In this document: positions 10,113 through 20,441 of the stretch, piece after piece | Position numbering within the stretch: position 1 is the first letter of the stretch | Layout of the letters: the number at the start of each line of letters is the position of its first letter | Source: an uncultured Sphingobium sp. | Lineage (GTDB): Bacteria > Pseudomonadota > Alphaproteobacteria > Sphingomonadales > Sphingomonadaceae | Assembly: GCA_966211835.1 (NCBI GenBank) | Contig: CBIHNV010000002.1 | Location: forward strand, 110,751-174,750 | Direction: 5' to 3' | DNA length: 64,000 bases | Translations under genes and position numbers: made by a program | Notes under the pieces: model-generated | What the model was told of the DNA's origin: nothing | What the model saw: the letters and a program-made list of their open reading frames with translations, nothing else | Database searches by the model: none

Positions 10113-11518
10113 GCCGCCTGATAGTCATTTCCAACCGGGTGAGCAGGCCTAACAAGTCCGGCAACCAGGGCGGCCTCGCCGTCGCGCTCGCCCAGGCTCT
10201 GCGGGAAAGCCGTGGCATCTGGGTCGGCTGGTCGGGCGAGGTGACGGAAAATTTCACCGGCCAGATCGGCTTTTCCGAAGATCAAGGCGTCAAGACCGCG
10301 ACCATCGATCTCGAAGAGCAGGATGTCGACGAATATTATAACGGCTATGCCAACAAGACGCTGTGGCCGCTCTTCCACTTCCGCATAGACCTGGCGGAAT
10401 ATGCCCGCGATTTCGAAGGTGGCTACAACCGCGTCAACAAGCGTTTTGCCGACACCACCAGCCCCCTGATCGAACCCGACGACATTATCTGGGTGCAGGA
10501 TTATCACATGATCCCGCTTGGCCAGATGCTCCGGGACAAGGGGCTGAACAACCGGATGGGCTTCTTCCTGCACATCCCCTGGCCGCCGACCCGCCTGCTT
10601 GTCTCCCTGCCCCATCATACAAAGCTGGTGCAGACGCTGTTCGCCTATGACGTCATCGGCTTCCACACGGAAGAATGGCTCGAATCCTTCCGCCATTATG
10701 TGGAGCGGGAGATGAACGGGACGGTGGATGGCGATTTCGTCACGCTCGGCGACCGCACGATCCAGGCGATCGCCTGCCCGATCGGCATCAACGCTCAGGA
10801 ATTTTCCGGCGCCGCCGTCAGCGAGCCCGCCAGAGAGATGTACGAGAAAGTCCGCCGGTCCCTTCAAGACCGTTCGATGATCGTAGGCGTGGACCGCCTC
10901 GACTATAGCAAGGGGTTGGAGGAACGCTTCAGCGGCTTTTCCCGCTTCCTGAAGGACCATCCCGAACATCATCGCAAAGTGGTCCTGACGCAGATCGCGC
11001 CACCCTCACGCGGAGAGGTGGAAAGCTATCAGCATATCCGCTCCACGCTCGACGCCATCGCCGGGCGCATCAACGGCGAATATAGCGACGTTGACTGGAC
11101 CCCGATCCGCTACGTGAACCAGGGCTATCCCCGCGACAAGCTGGCGGGCATCTATCGCGCCGCCCGCATTGGCCTCGTCACCCCGTTGCGCGACGGCATG
11201 AACCTCGTCGCCAAGGAATATGTCGCCGCGCAGGACCCCGACGATCCCGGCGTCCTCATCCTCTCCCGCTTCGCAGGCGCGGCGACGCAGCTCAAGGACG
11301 CGCTGCTCATCAATCCCTACAGCCCGGAAGAGATGTCCGACGCCATCACCCGCGCCCTCGCCATGCCACTTGATGAGCGCCAGCGCCGCTGGCGTTCGAT
11401 GATGGATTGCGTCGAGGAACAAGACATCAGCTGGTGGCGCCGCTGCTTCACCGAGCGCCTGACAGCGGCCCGGCAGGAAGAGGGCGAGCCGACGGGGCAA
11501 ATCGAAACGACCCATTAG
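10109..11518 (+). CDS. otsA: Trehalose-6-phosphate synthase
   Basis: GGLAVAL, IWVQDYH, FFLHIPWP, VDRLDYSKG and DGMNLVAKEY motifs. Confidence 0.95.
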   Translation: MSRLIVISNRVSRPNKSGNQGGLAVALAQALRESRGIWVGWSGEVTENFTGQIGFSEDQGVKTATIDLEEQDVDEYYNGYANKTLWPLFHFRIDLAEYARDFEGGYNRVNKRFADTTSPLIEPDDIIWVQDYHMIPLGQMLRDKGLNNRMGFFLHIPWPPTRLLVSLPHHTKLVQTLFAYDVIGFHTEEWLESFRHYVEREMNGTVDGDFVTLGDRTIQAIACPIGINAQEFSGAAVSEPAREMYEKVRRSLQDRSMIVGVDRLDYSKGLEERFSGFSRFLKDHPEHHRKVVLTQIAPPSRGEVESYQHIRSTLDAIAGRINGEYSDVDWTPIRYVNQGYPRDKLAGIYRAARIGLVTPLRDGMNLVAKEYVAAQDPDDPGVLILSRFAGAATQLKDALLINPYSPEEMSDAITRALAMPLDERQRRWRSMMDCVEEQDISWWRRCFTERLTAARQEEGEPTGQIETTH

Positions 11519-11664
11519 GGCACTGACCTCCGGCCCTTTAAGCCCCCTAATTGCACCCCCGCCAGCTTTGGTCTATGGGCCGTGCCCAGCAGCCCCGGCA
11601 CCCGCTGATCCTCCTTGATTCGCGTTGCCGGGGCACATTCTTTCTTGGGAAGACAGGAACGCGC

Positions 11665-12447
11665 ATGGCCCGTCGCCGCCAGATCTACGAAGGCAAGGCA
11701 AAGATCCTTTACGAAGGCCCTGAGCCCGGCACGATCATCCAATATTTCAAGGACGACGCGACCGCCTTCAACGCGCAGAAGAAGGGCACGATTTCCGGCA
11801 AGGGCGTGCTCAATAACCGTATTTCCGAGCATATCTTCACCCTGCTGGGTCAGATCGGCGTTCCCACCCACTTCATCCGCCGCCTCAACATGCGCGAACA
11901 GCTCGTCCGTCAGGTCGAAATCGTGCCGATCGAGGTCGTGGTCCGCAACGTCGCCGCCGGTTCTTTGAGCAAGAAGCTGGGGATCGAGGAAGGCACGCAG
12001 CTGCCCCGCACCCTCATCGAATATTGCTACAAGGACGACGCGCTGGGCGACCCGCTCGTGTCGGAAGAGCATATCGCCTGCTTCGGCTGGGCCAGCCAGG
12101 AAGAGATGCACGACATCGCCGACATGGCGATCCGCATCAACGACTTCATGTGCGGCCTGTTCGCGGCGATCGGCATCCGCCTCGTCGACTTCAAGCTGGA
12201 GTTCGGCCGCCTGTGGGACGGCGACTATAGCCGCATCATCCTGGCCGATGAGATCAGCCCGGACGGCTGCCGCCTGTGGGACATGAACACCGGCGAAAAG
12301 CTGGACAAGGACCGCTTCCGCCGCGACCTGGGCGGCGAAGTCGAAGCCTATCAGGAAGTCGCCCGCCGCTTGGGTCTCCTGCCCGAAGGCGCGGACACGA
12401 CCGTCCTTGACCTCGACACTCATCGCAAGAAGCGCAGCAAGGACTGA
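11665..12447 (+). CDS. purC: Phosphoribosylaminoimidazole-succinocarboxamide synthase
   Basis: [38 protein letters not shown]. Confidence 0.96.
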   Translation: MARRRQIYEGKAKILYEGPEPGTIIQYFKDDATAFNAQKKGTISGKGVLNNRISEHIFTLLGQIGVPTHFIRRLNMREQLVRQVEIVPIEVVVRNVAAGSLSKKLGIEEGTQLPRTLIEYCYKDDALGDPLVSEEHIACFGWASQEEMHDIADMAIRINDFMCGLFAAIGIRLVDFKLEFGRLWDGDYSRIILADEISPDGCRLWDMNTGEKLDKDRFRRDLGGEVEAYQEVARRLGLLPEGADTTVLDLDTHRKKRSKD

Positions 12448-12461
12448 ATAGTCCCACCGCT

Positions 12462-12539
12462 CCGTTCGCACTGAGCTTGTCGAAGTGCCCTTCTTCCTTG
12501 AAGTACAGGGCAAGCCTTCGACAGGCTCAGGCCGAACGG
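12462..12539. repeat. REP-like inverted doublet (CCGTTC-GNNC-TGAGCYTGTCGAA-GNNC family) between convergent genes
   Basis: Left arm ccgttcgcactgagcttgtcgaagtgc; inverted right arm agccttcgacaggctcaggccgaacgg. Confidence 0.85.
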
Positions 12540-12555
12540 AAATGCGGTTTGCTCA

Positions 12556-13308
12556 TCAACCCACCAGTGCATCCACCATCAGCTTGATCCCCAACAGCAC
12601 CATCAGCACGTAGATCAACGTGTAGAAGCGCGCCGGATCAACCTTCCGCACCAGCAGCACCCCCGCATAGGTCGCCCCTATCGCGACCGGCGCCAACATA
12701 GCCGTCGCCATCAGATTGGCCCGCGTGAACTGTCCCAGCGCCGCGTAGGCGGGCACTTTGATCCAGTTCATCACGGCAAAGGCGATCGCGGTAGTCCCCA
12801 CCAGCACATCGCGCGCCAGCCGCTTGGGCAGCACCCACATCTGAAACGGCGGCGCGCCAGCATGCGCGATCTGGCTCGTAAAGCCGCTCACCACGCCCAG
12901 CAGCGTGCCCATCCAGTCCGGCGAACTGGACGGCAGCACCACCTTCCCGCCGCGCTCGACCCAAAGCCGCTGCGCCCCGAACAATGTCGAGATGAATCCC
13001 AGCGCGCCCAGCACTGCGGTCTCCGACACCTGCGCGGCGAACAGATAACCCAGCGCCACGCCAACAGCCATGCCGGGCAGCATCACCTTCAATATATGCC
13101 CATCCCAGCTATGCCGGAACGACCAGACGCTCACCGCATCCTGCAAAATGAGGATAGGCAGCATGATCGCCGCCGCCCGCACCGGATCGATGCCCAGCGC
13201 CATGATCGGCATCGCCAGCGCCCCCGCGCCGGAAAAGCCACCCTTGGCGAGGCCGGACAGGACCACCGCCACGATCGCGCATGTATAATAAAGATAGTCG
13301 CCGCTCAT
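12556..13308 (-). CDS. Sulfite exporter TauE/SafE family membrane protein
   Basis: SGLAKGGFSGAG and SQIAHAGAPP motifs; multiple TM segments. Confidence 0.85.
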   Translation of the reverse strand: MSGDYLYYTCAIVAVVLSGLAKGGFSGAGALAMPIMALGIDPVRAAAIMLPILILQDAVSVWSFRHSWDGHILKVMLPGMAVGVALGYLFAAQVSETAVLGALGFISTLFGAQRLWVERGGKVVLPSSSPDWMGTLLGVVSGFTSQIAHAGAPPFQMWVLPKRLARDVLVGTTAIAFAVMNWIKVPAYAALGQFTRANLMATAMLAPVAIGATYAGVLLVRKVDPARFYTLIYVLMVLLGIKLMVDALVG

Positions 13309-13363
13309 GCGCCCGCCCTAAAGCAAGGCAGCGACCCAAGCGAACAGCTTTTCCAAGCAAAGA

Positions 13364-13513
13364 TCAGGCGCTCGCCCGGTATCCGATCAGAACGCCGAAA
13401 GCGAAGGTAGCAAGCAGCGCCAGCTGAACGCGGCCATGCGGATCGTCATAGCCGACGATCTGCTGCCCAAAGGCGAAAAGCCCCACAAACATCGCCAGTG
13501 CAAGACCAGCCAT
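13364..13513 (-). CDS. Small 49-aa two-TM membrane protein (below the ORF-track cutoff)
   Basis: MAGLALAMFVGLFAFGQQIVGYDDPHGRVQLALLATFAFGVLIGYRASA; GAGGG RBS 8 nt upstream. Confidence 0.65.
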   Translation of the reverse strand: MAGLALAMFVGLFAFGQQIVGYDDPHGRVQLALLATFAFGVLIGYRASA

Positions 13514-13639
13514 ATCGAAAACCCTCTATCCCGTCCCACAACCATAGCGGTCACTCGCTAATAAAGGGATAATGCCTTGCTTGGCGCGGCGCAGGGGACT
13601 AGGGGGTGCGCCATAGCAATCCACGGAGTTTTTGGCCTC

Positions 13640-13873
13640 ATGAAAGCCCGCATCTTCGTCACCCTCAAGGGCGGGGTTCTCGACCCGCAGGGTAAGGCGA
13701 TCCACCACGCGCTCGACAGTTTGGGCTTTTCCGGCGTCAACGACGTGCGCGCGGGCAAGCTCATTGAGCTCGACCTTGCCGATGGCACCAGCGATGACGA
13801 TATCGACGCCATGTGCCGCAAGCTGCTCGCCAACACCGTGATCGAAAACTACCGCATCGAAAAGGTGGCCTGA
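13640..13873 (+). CDS. purS: FGAM synthase subunit PurS
   Basis: VTLKGGVLDPQGKAI...LLANTVIENY. Confidence 0.95.
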   Translation: MKARIFVTLKGGVLDPQGKAIHHALDSLGFSGVNDVRAGKLIELDLADGTSDDDIDAMCRKLLANTVIENYRIEKVA

Positions 13874-13876
13874 GCC

Positions 13877-14551
13877 ATGAAGAGCGCCGTCATCGTCTTC
13901 CCCGGCAGCAATTGCGACCGCGACCTCGCCGTGGCTTTCGAGGCGGTGAGCGGTGAAAAGCCGGTCATGGTCTGGCATCGCGACACCGAATTGCCCGAGG
14001 GCATCGACCTGATCGGCGTGCCCGGCGGCTTTTCCTATGGCGACTATCTGCGCTCGGGCGCCATGGCTGCCCGCTCGCCCGTCATGCAGGCGGTGGCAAA
14101 GGCCGCTGAACGCGGCACCTATGTGCTCGGCATCTGCAACGGCTTCCAGGTGTTGACCGAAAGCGGCCTCCTCCCCGGCGCACTCCTTCGCAACGCAGGC
14201 GGCCATTTCATCTGCCGCGACGTCGCGCTAACCGTCGAAAACGCCCAGAGCGCGTTCACCAGCCGCTATGCCGCTGGCGAGCAGGTCACCTTCCCCGTAG
14301 CCCATCATGACGGCAATTATTTCGCCGACACAGAAACGCTCGACCGCCTCGAAGGCGAAGGCCGCGTCGCCCTGCGCTATGCCGATGCCGTAAACGGTTC
14401 CGCCCGCAACATTGCGGGCATCCTCAATGAAGCAGGCAATGTGCTGGGCATGATGCCCCACCCCGAACGCGTCATCGAACCCGCCCACGGAAAGACAGAC
14501 GGCCGCCGCCTGTTCGAAGGCTTGGTAGAAGGCTTGCTGGCGAACGCCTGA
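13877..14551 (+). CDS. purQ: FGAM synthase subunit PurQ
   Basis: [40 protein letters not shown]. Confidence 0.96.
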   Translation: MKSAVIVFPGSNCDRDLAVAFEAVSGEKPVMVWHRDTELPEGIDLIGVPGGFSYGDYLRSGAMAARSPVMQAVAKAAERGTYVLGICNGFQVLTESGLLPGALLRNAGGHFICRDVALTVENAQSAFTSRYAAGEQVTFPVAHHDGNYFADTETLDRLEGEGRVALRYADAVNGSARNIAGILNEAGNVLGMMPHPERVIEPAHGKTDGRRLFEGLVEGLLANA

Positions 14552-14581
14552 TCGCGGGCTGGCGGCGGGGTGCCAACATCC

Positions 14582-14662
14582 CGTCATCCCAGCGGAAGCT
14601 GGGGTCTCGTGAGGCTAGGCCGTGCCCTATCCATAGAGATGCCAGCCTCCGCTGGCATGACG
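14582..14662. repeat. CGTC-tagged REP-like inverted doublet
   Basis: CGTCATCCCAGCGGAAGCTGGGGTCTC and inverted CGTCATGCCAGCGGAGGCTGGCATCTC. Confidence 0.8.
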
Positions 14663-14695
14663 AGTAACTGTGCGGCTGCTAACACCAAGTAATAT

Positions 14696-14830
14696 CCCCT
14701 CTCCCCTTTAGGGGTCGACCAGAGTCACGTGCCTCTGGCCGAGGTGCCGAGCAAAGCGAAGGCGGGAGAGGGGCCTGAAAAGCAACCTTTGCTCATTCTC
14801 CCTCTCCCCTGCAGGCGAGAGGGAGAATGA
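14696..14830. repeat. Two CCCTCTCCC...GGGAGAGGG-type palindromic repeats
   Basis: CCCCTCTCCC (14696) pairs with GGGAGAGGGG (14764); perfect 14-bp stem TCATTCTCCCTCTC/GAGAGGGAGAATGA at 14793-14830. Confidence 0.7.
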
Positions 14831-14835
14831 CGCCC

Positions 14836-15465
14836 TCAGCCCGTCCAAAATCTGTCCCCCTCCCGCAGGCGTTCAAACGAGGCACGTGACTCGTTTGAAG
14901 GGCTAGGGGTGGGCGCGAGCGAAGCGAGCTTTGCGGTCCCTATTTCAACCCCCCGCACAAACTCCGGCAAATGCGCCAAGCCGCTGGGATTAGGCCCAAC
15001 CATATAGAGCGCCATCACGGTCCCAGCAGCAATCGCCACCCCATAAGGAATAGGCCCACCCGCCGCGAAGATCGCCAGCGACGATCCTTCGCGCACAGCT
15101 TTGGGCACCATCCGCCGTCCAACCATGATCAGCAGAGCCAGCAAGCCCCCGCCCACCGTCACATAAACAAACCACGGCAGTGCCGCGCCCCAATCGAACC
15201 ACAGCGCACAGGTCGCCAGCAGCTTGACGTCACCCCCACCCATCCATCGCATCGCGAACAGCAGGCATCCGACCGCAAACACCGCCAGGAACAAAGTCCC
15301 ATTCTGCCAAAGATCGCTCTCCCACCCCGCCAAAGCGACCCAAGGCACGAACAGTCCCAGGATCAGCAGCGGAAACATGTTGGAGATCCTGAGCCTCGCA
15401 ATATCCTCAATCGCGGCGGCCAGCAGCACCAGCGACACCGCCAACAGGATCAGGTCCTTCGTCAT
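14836..15465 (-). CDS. cpaA: Flp/Tad prepilin peptidase (A24) with repeat-derived C-terminal extension
   Basis: AAIEDIARLRISN and MGGGDVKL catalytic aspartates, PYGVAIAAG; last gene of the tad operon. Confidence 0.88.
   Translation of the reverse strand: MTKDLILLAVSLVLLAAAIEDIARLRISNMFPLLILGLFVPWVALAGWESDLWQNGTLFLAVFAVGCLLFAMRWMGGGDVKLLATCALWFDWGAALPWFVYVTVGGGLLALLIMVGRRMVPKAVREGSSLAIFAAGGPIPYGVAIAAGTVMALYMVGPNPSGLAHLPEFVRGVEIGTAKLASLAPTPSPSNESRASFERLREGDRFWTG
14857..14913 (-). repeat. CCCACCCC...GGGAGGGG-type palindromic repeat inside the 3' end of cpaA
   Basis: Minus strand cccacccctagccc-[ttcaaacgagtcacgtgcctcgtttgaa]-cgcctgcgggagggg. Confidence 0.65.
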
Positions 15466-16289
15466 GGCTTCGCCCCCATCGCTGCCAAGATAGCCGCCGC
15501 TTTGGGCTGATAACTCTCCGCTTCCGTCATGGCGCGGCTGAGATAGGCGCGCGCTTTCACGGCGTCACCCATGCCCAGCGCGACCTGCCCGGCATCGCCC
15601 AGCCGCTTGGCCCAGCTGTCCGCGTCGTCTCCGGAGCGCCTTTCTATGTCCTTTCCCGCCCTTATCAGCGCCGCATCCCCGTTAGAGATGATCCGCGCGT
15701 CATCGGGCGCGATCTGGCGCGCCTTGTCGAATATCGCCACTGCCTTGTCCGCATCACCCTGCGCCATCAGCGACAGCCCATAATTGTTCAGCACCTGCAC
15801 GGGTCGGTCGGTAAGCTGAAACGCGCGTTCATAGGCTGCCGTGCTCAAGGCCCAGGATTTGCTGGCGTCATAAGCAACGCCCAGCGCATTCCACGCCCGC
15901 CAGCTCTGGCCGCAATGATCGACGGCGCGGCGCAGAAGCTCCGCCGCCTGCCCCGCTCGCCCAAGCCGCAGCCGCGCAATGCCCAGTCCCTCATCGATCC
16001 GGCAATCCACCACGCCCGCCTGCGCCAGTGCGTCAAACCGCGTTTCGGCATCCGCATCCTGCCCTTTGGCAAGCGCCAGGCGGGCCTCTGCGATCTCGAT
16101 TCCATCCTTGGCATTCGGTGCAGAATCGGCCTGCCACTGTGCCAGCATTGTCTCGGCCTGAATGATCCGGCCCCCGTCGATCGCCTGATCGATCAAACGG
16201 CCGTGGTCCAGCGAACCCGTGGCGGCTCCCGAAGCGTCCGCCACCGGCACATACGTCGCAGCCGCCAGTAACAACAGCAGCAGGCTCAT
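15462..16289 (-). CDS. TPR repeat protein of the tad locus
   Basis: TPR consensus segments (AWNALGVAYD, VLNNYGLSL); N-terminal hydrophobic signal. Confidence 0.75.
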   Translation of the reverse strand: MSLLLLLLAAATYVPVADASGAATGSLDHGRLIDQAIDGGRIIQAETMLAQWQADSAPNAKDGIEIAEARLALAKGQDADAETRFDALAQAGVVDCRIDEGLGIARLRLGRAGQAAELLRRAVDHCGQSWRAWNALGVAYDASKSWALSTAAYERAFQLTDRPVQVLNNYGLSLMAQGDADKAVAIFDKARQIAPDDARIISNGDAALIRAGKDIERRSGDDADSWAKRLGDAGQVALGMGDAVKARAYLSRAMTEAESYQPKAAAILAAMGAKP

Positions 16290-17086
16290 CCCTGCCCCCC
16301 GCTCCACTTCCACAATTTCTCGAACAGCCGGTCGGGCTCATCCCCGCCCGCCATAGCCGGACAGCTGCGCTCGCGGCATGGCAGGGCGGCTGAAGGCTCT
16401 GCTGCCTTGACGATCGGCGCATTCAGCTGCCGCGCAAGTGAGACATCCTCCACCCCAGCAGCATTGGCGACAGTGACTATCGCGGTATTGAGCTGTGCCG
16501 TGCGCCGTCCCGGCAATATGGCCCGAACGACCCCCGCCCCCGTGGTGCGCAGCCGTACCTCGCCCATCGAAAGGCGCTCCAGTTCCAGCCTGCCGGTCTG
16601 CGCCTGAACATTAGGCTGGCTCGCCCCTCCATCCGCCAATTGCGCCAGCGTGACACGCCGCGCTCCCACTGGCGCCGTCCCCTGCCCGATCTCCGCCAGC
16701 AGCGCATTGGCGTCATCGCGCAACCCCTGCGCCATCAGGCTCCGCGCGAAGTTGCGATGCACCCGCTCGTCCAATGGCGCGCGGGCAAGCGCCAGTTCAA
16801 AATATTGCCGCGCCAGGTCATGCCGGCCCATCGCCGCATAGCTGATCGCCACGCCGTTCAGCGCATTGGCATCGCTCGCGTCCTGTCGCATCGCCCGCCG
16901 GAACGCGTCGAGCGCCAGCGCATGCTCACCGCGCGAAAACAGCAATTGGCCGCGCGCCAATGCCTCTTTCGCCGTTGCCATCGCCACAGCGTCTGCGTTC
17001 ACCGGCCGGATCGCCAAGTCCCGGTTACCCGAACTGCATGCCCCGCTCGCGAAGATGAGCGCGATTGCTACTATCCGTCTCATCAT
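16286..17086 (-). CDS. TPR lipoprotein, TadD-like
   Basis: Lipobox SGAC; TPR segment ALNGVAISYAAMGRHDLARQYF; follows tadC. Confidence 0.7.
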   Translation of the reverse strand: MMRRIVAIALIFASGACSSGNRDLAIRPVNADAVAMATAKEALARGQLLFSRGEHALALDAFRRAMRQDASDANALNGVAISYAAMGRHDLARQYFELALARAPLDERVHRNFARSLMAQGLRDDANALLAEIGQGTAPVGARRVTLAQLADGGASQPNVQAQTGRLELERLSMGEVRLRTTGAGVVRAILPGRRTAQLNTAIVTVANAAGVEDVSLARQLNAPIVKAAEPSAALPCRERSCPAMAGGDEPDRLFEKLWKWSGGQG

Positions 17087-17105
17087 GCTTCCCCCCTCAT
17101 TCCCG

Positions 17106-18077
17106 CTACCGCGTCATCACCGGCAGGATGTCCCGCACCACGCGCACCACCGCGGGCAGCATCAGCACGCCGATCATCACCGGCAGCATGCATGCGACCA
17201 GCGGCACCGACAGCAGCACCGGCAAGCGATGCGCCTTCTCCTCTGCCCGCATCCGCCGCTTCTCGCGCATCTCCGCCGCGTAGATGCGCAGCGTCTGCCC
17301 CACGCTCGACCCCAGCTGGTCCGACTGGATCAGCAGCGTCGCAAAGGAGCGGATTTCGTCCACATCGACATCATCCGCCATCCGCCGCAGCGCATCCGCC
17401 CGGCTGCGCCCCGCGCGCAATTCCAACACGACCTTGCCCAGCGTCTGCGACACCAGCGGATGCGAGATGGCAAGCTCCCGTCCCACCCGGTCCATCGCCG
17501 CTTCCAGCCCCAGCCCCGCCTCGACGCACACCAGCATCAGGTCCAGCGCGTCGGGAAAGCCATGGACGATCGCCTCCTGCCGCCGCGCCGCCTTGGCCGA
17601 AATGAAGAGGTTCGGCAGATACAGCCCCATCACCGCGACCCCCATCGCCATGAAGTAGAGCTTCAGCGGGCTCGGCGGCTCAGGCTTGTTGAGGGACATC
17701 AACACCAGCACCGCAGGCAGCGCGAGCGTCAGCACCAGCCGAACGAACGTGAATATCTTCGGCGCCTCAGGCGAAGGATAGCCCGCCGCGATCAGCCGCT
17801 TGCGCAAGCTGTCATTCTTCGTGTCCGCCAGCGAAATGCCCAGCTTCTCGATGCGATCGACCAGCTTCTTCCATTCGCTATTGTTGCGCTCGTTGCGCAG
17901 CGACTGCCCGCCACCTTGCACCGCGCTGCCCGCGTCGCTCACGATGTCGAGCCTGCTGCGCACCCGCGACGTGCGCGCGACCGCCTCCGTCACGCCATAG
18001 ACGATCGCCACTATCGCGACGAACAGCAGGACCAGCAACAGCGGCCGAAGCTGCGAGATAAGGGCGAAGTCCAGCAT
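17106..18077 (-). CDS. tadC: Tad inner-membrane platform protein TadC
   Basis: FPDALDLMLVCVEAGLGL, RAEEKAHRLPV. Confidence 0.9.
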   Translation of the reverse strand: MLDFALISQLRPLLLVLLFVAIVAIVYGVTEAVARTSRVRSRLDIVSDAGSAVQGGGQSLRNERNNSEWKKLVDRIEKLGISLADTKNDSLRKRLIAAGYPSPEAPKIFTFVRLVLTLALPAVLVLMSLNKPEPPSPLKLYFMAMGVAVMGLYLPNLFISAKAARRQEAIVHGFPDALDLMLVCVEAGLGLEAAMDRVGRELAISHPLVSQTLGKVVLELRAGRSRADALRRMADDVDVDEIRSFATLLIQSDQLGSSVGQTLRIYAAEMREKRRMRAEEKAHRLPVLLSVPLVACMLPVMIGVLMLPAVVRVVRDILPVMTR

Positions 18078-18081
18078 CAGA

Positions 18082-19086
18082 TCACACTTTCAGGTCAACC
18101 ATGCGGCGTATCGTGACGAAGCCGACGATGTAGAGGATGATGAGCCCCGAAAAACCGAAGATGAACATCGGGTCCTGCGCAATATCCAGGTAAAAAGCAG
18201 GGTTGAGCAGGAACAGCGCGACGAACGCCAGGATCGGCAATGCCGTCAGCATGACCGCCGTCATCCGTCCTTCGGAACTCAACGCGCGCACCTTCATGAA
18301 CAGGCTCGCCCGCTCGCGTATGACCAGCGACAGATTCTCCAATATTTCGGCCAAATTGCCACCCGTCTCCGCCTGCACCGACAGCGACGTCACGAACATG
18401 TGCATCTCATTCATGTCCCACCGTTCGGCCATGCGCTGCAAAGCATCACGCAGGTCGGACCCATAGGTCACCTCATCGACGACGATGCCGAATTCGCTGC
18501 CGATCGGGTCCTTCATCTCCTTAGTCAGCAGGTCCAGCGCCGCCGCAATCGGGTGCCCCGCGCGCAAGCCCCGCACGAACGTATCGAGCGCAACCGGAAA
18601 CTGCTCCTCCATCTTCTTGCGCCGACGCTGGCTCATTCGGCTGAGCACCATGACCGGCAGCAATACGCCCAGCGACAGGGCGAAAGCCCCCGCCATCACG
18701 ATCATCCCCGCCGTCATGCCATATCCCGCGACCAGCGCGCCGATAACCACGATCAGGAACAGCACGCCCGTGCCTATGCCCATGAAGGTCAGCACGACGC
18801 GCGCAGGCACGCTCAGCCCCGCGCCATGCAGCGACCGCACGACGCCCAGCGCGATACGCCCAAAGACGCTGTCATGATTGAAGTTCAGGCTGTCGTCATT
18901 GCGCCGCAGCTTCGACAACACGGTGCTGCGCTCAAATCCCTGCGCGATCATCTTCAGCCGCTTGTTGACCACCCGCTCCTTGCCAGCGCGTGCCCGGAAC
19001 CAGCCATGAACGCCCTCGATCGTCAGGATCACCGCCGCGAACAGCAGCACCAGCACGAAAGCACGGATGTAAAGCGGATTGATCAT
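18082..19086 (-). CDS. tadB: Tad inner-membrane platform protein TadB
   Basis: QFPVALDTFVRGLRAGHP, ETGGNLAEIL, ALSSEGRMTA. Confidence 0.9.
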   Translation of the reverse strand: MINPLYIRAFVLVLLFAAVILTIEGVHGWFRARAGKERVVNKRLKMIAQGFERSTVLSKLRRNDDSLNFNHDSVFGRIALGVVRSLHGAGLSVPARVVLTFMGIGTGVLFLIVVIGALVAGYGMTAGMIVMAGAFALSLGVLLPVMVLSRMSQRRRKKMEEQFPVALDTFVRGLRAGHPIAAALDLLTKEMKDPIGSEFGIVVDEVTYGSDLRDALQRMAERWDMNEMHMFVTSLSVQAETGGNLAEILENLSLVIRERASLFMKVRALSSEGRMTAVMLTALPILAFVALFLLNPAFYLDIAQDPMFIFGFSGLIILYIVGFVTIRRMVDLKV

Positions 19087-20441
19087 TGCACCACCGCATC
19101 GGGACGGAAGAGGTCGGCGGGCAGATGGATGCCCCGATCCGCTAGTTCGCCCATGAATTTAGGCCGGATACCGGTCGCCTCGAAATGACCGCGCACCATG
19201 TCGTTCTCGTCCCGGCCAGTCATCTTGAAGCGGAAGATTTCCTGCATGGTGATGACCTCTCCCTCCATCCCGGTGATCTCCGAAATGCTGAGCAGCCGCC
19301 GCCGCCCATCCGACAGACGCCCCACCTGCACGATGACGTTCAAAGCCGAAGCAATCTGCGCCCGCGCCGACCGCGGCGAAATGTCGATGCCGCTCATGCC
19401 GATCATCTGCTCGACACGCGACAGCGCATCGCGCGGCGTATTGGCGTGGACCGTCGTCATCGACCCGTCATGCCCGGTATTCATCGCCTGGAGCATATCG
19501 AACGCCTCCCCGGCGCGCACTTCGCCCACGATGATCCGATCAGGCCGCATACGCAGCGCATTCTTCACCAGATCGCGCTGTGTAACCTCGCCCCGCCCCT
19601 CGATATTCGGCGGCCGCGTCTCCAGCCGCACCACATGGCGCTGCTGCAACTGAAGCTCGGCCGAATCCTCGATCGTCACGATCCGCTCGGCCTCATCGAT
19701 GCTCGCCGACATCGCGTTGAGCAGCGTCGTCTTGCCCGAACCCGTACCCCCGGAAATCAGCACGTTCCGCCGGGACGCCACCACAGCCGAAAGCACCTGC
19801 GCCATCGGCGCGGGCACGCTGCCCAGCTCCGAAAGCCGCGCCATGCTGATCGGCACCTTGGCGAACTTACGAATGGACAGCAGCGATCCATCGACCGCCA
19901 GCGGCGGCACCACCGCATTAACGCGCGAACCATCGGCCAGACGCGCATCGACAAAGGGCGAAGCCTCGTCCACGCGCCGCCCCACAGCAGCCACGATCTT
20001 CTGGATGATGCGCAGCAGATGCTTCTCATCCTTGAAGCGCGTCGCCGTCTCCACCAACCGCCCGCCGCGCTCGACAAAGACGATCTTGTGCCCGTTCACC
20101 AAAATATCGGTGACGCTCTGGTCCTTCAACAACGGCTCGAGTGGCCCCAGCCCCAGCAACTCGTCCAATATGTCGGACACCAGCCGCTTGCGCTCTTCCA
20201 GATTGAGCGCATGCTTCTGCAACGCCAACTGCTCATGGACGATCTCGCCCACTTCCGCCTCGACCTGCGCGCGCGACATATTCTCCAGCGCCGACAGGTT
20301 GATCAGGTCGATCAGCTTCTGGTGCAGCGCGACCTTCAGCTCCGTATGCCGGTCCTCTTCCCAATGGACCAGCTCGGTATCGGTCGGCCCGACCTCGTCC
20401 CGCGCCTCAAACCGGCTGTCCCCTTTTCGGATCTGCCACAT
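19083..20441 (-). CDS. cpaF: Tad pilus assembly ATPase CpaF/TadA
   Basis: Walker [40 protein letters not shown]. Confidence 0.95.
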   Translation of the reverse strand: MWQIRKGDSRFEARDEVGPTDTELVHWEEDRHTELKVALHQKLIDLINLSALENMSRAQVEAEVGEIVHEQLALQKHALNLEERKRLVSDILDELLGLGPLEPLLKDQSVTDILVNGHKIVFVERGGRLVETATRFKDEKHLLRIIQKIVAAVGRRVDEASPFVDARLADGSRVNAVVPPLAVDGSLLSIRKFAKVPISMARLSELGSVPAPMAQVLSAVVASRRNVLISGGTGSGKTTLLNAMSASIDEAERIVTIEDSAELQLQQRHVVRLETRPPNIEGRGEVTQRDLVKNALRMRPDRIIVGEVRAGEAFDMLQAMNTGHDGSMTTVHANTPRDALSRVEQMIGMSGIDISPRSARAQIASALNVIVQVGRLSDGRRRLLSISEITGMEGEVITMQEIFRFKMTGRDENDMVRGHFEATGIRPKFMGELADRGIHLPADLFRPDAVVQ

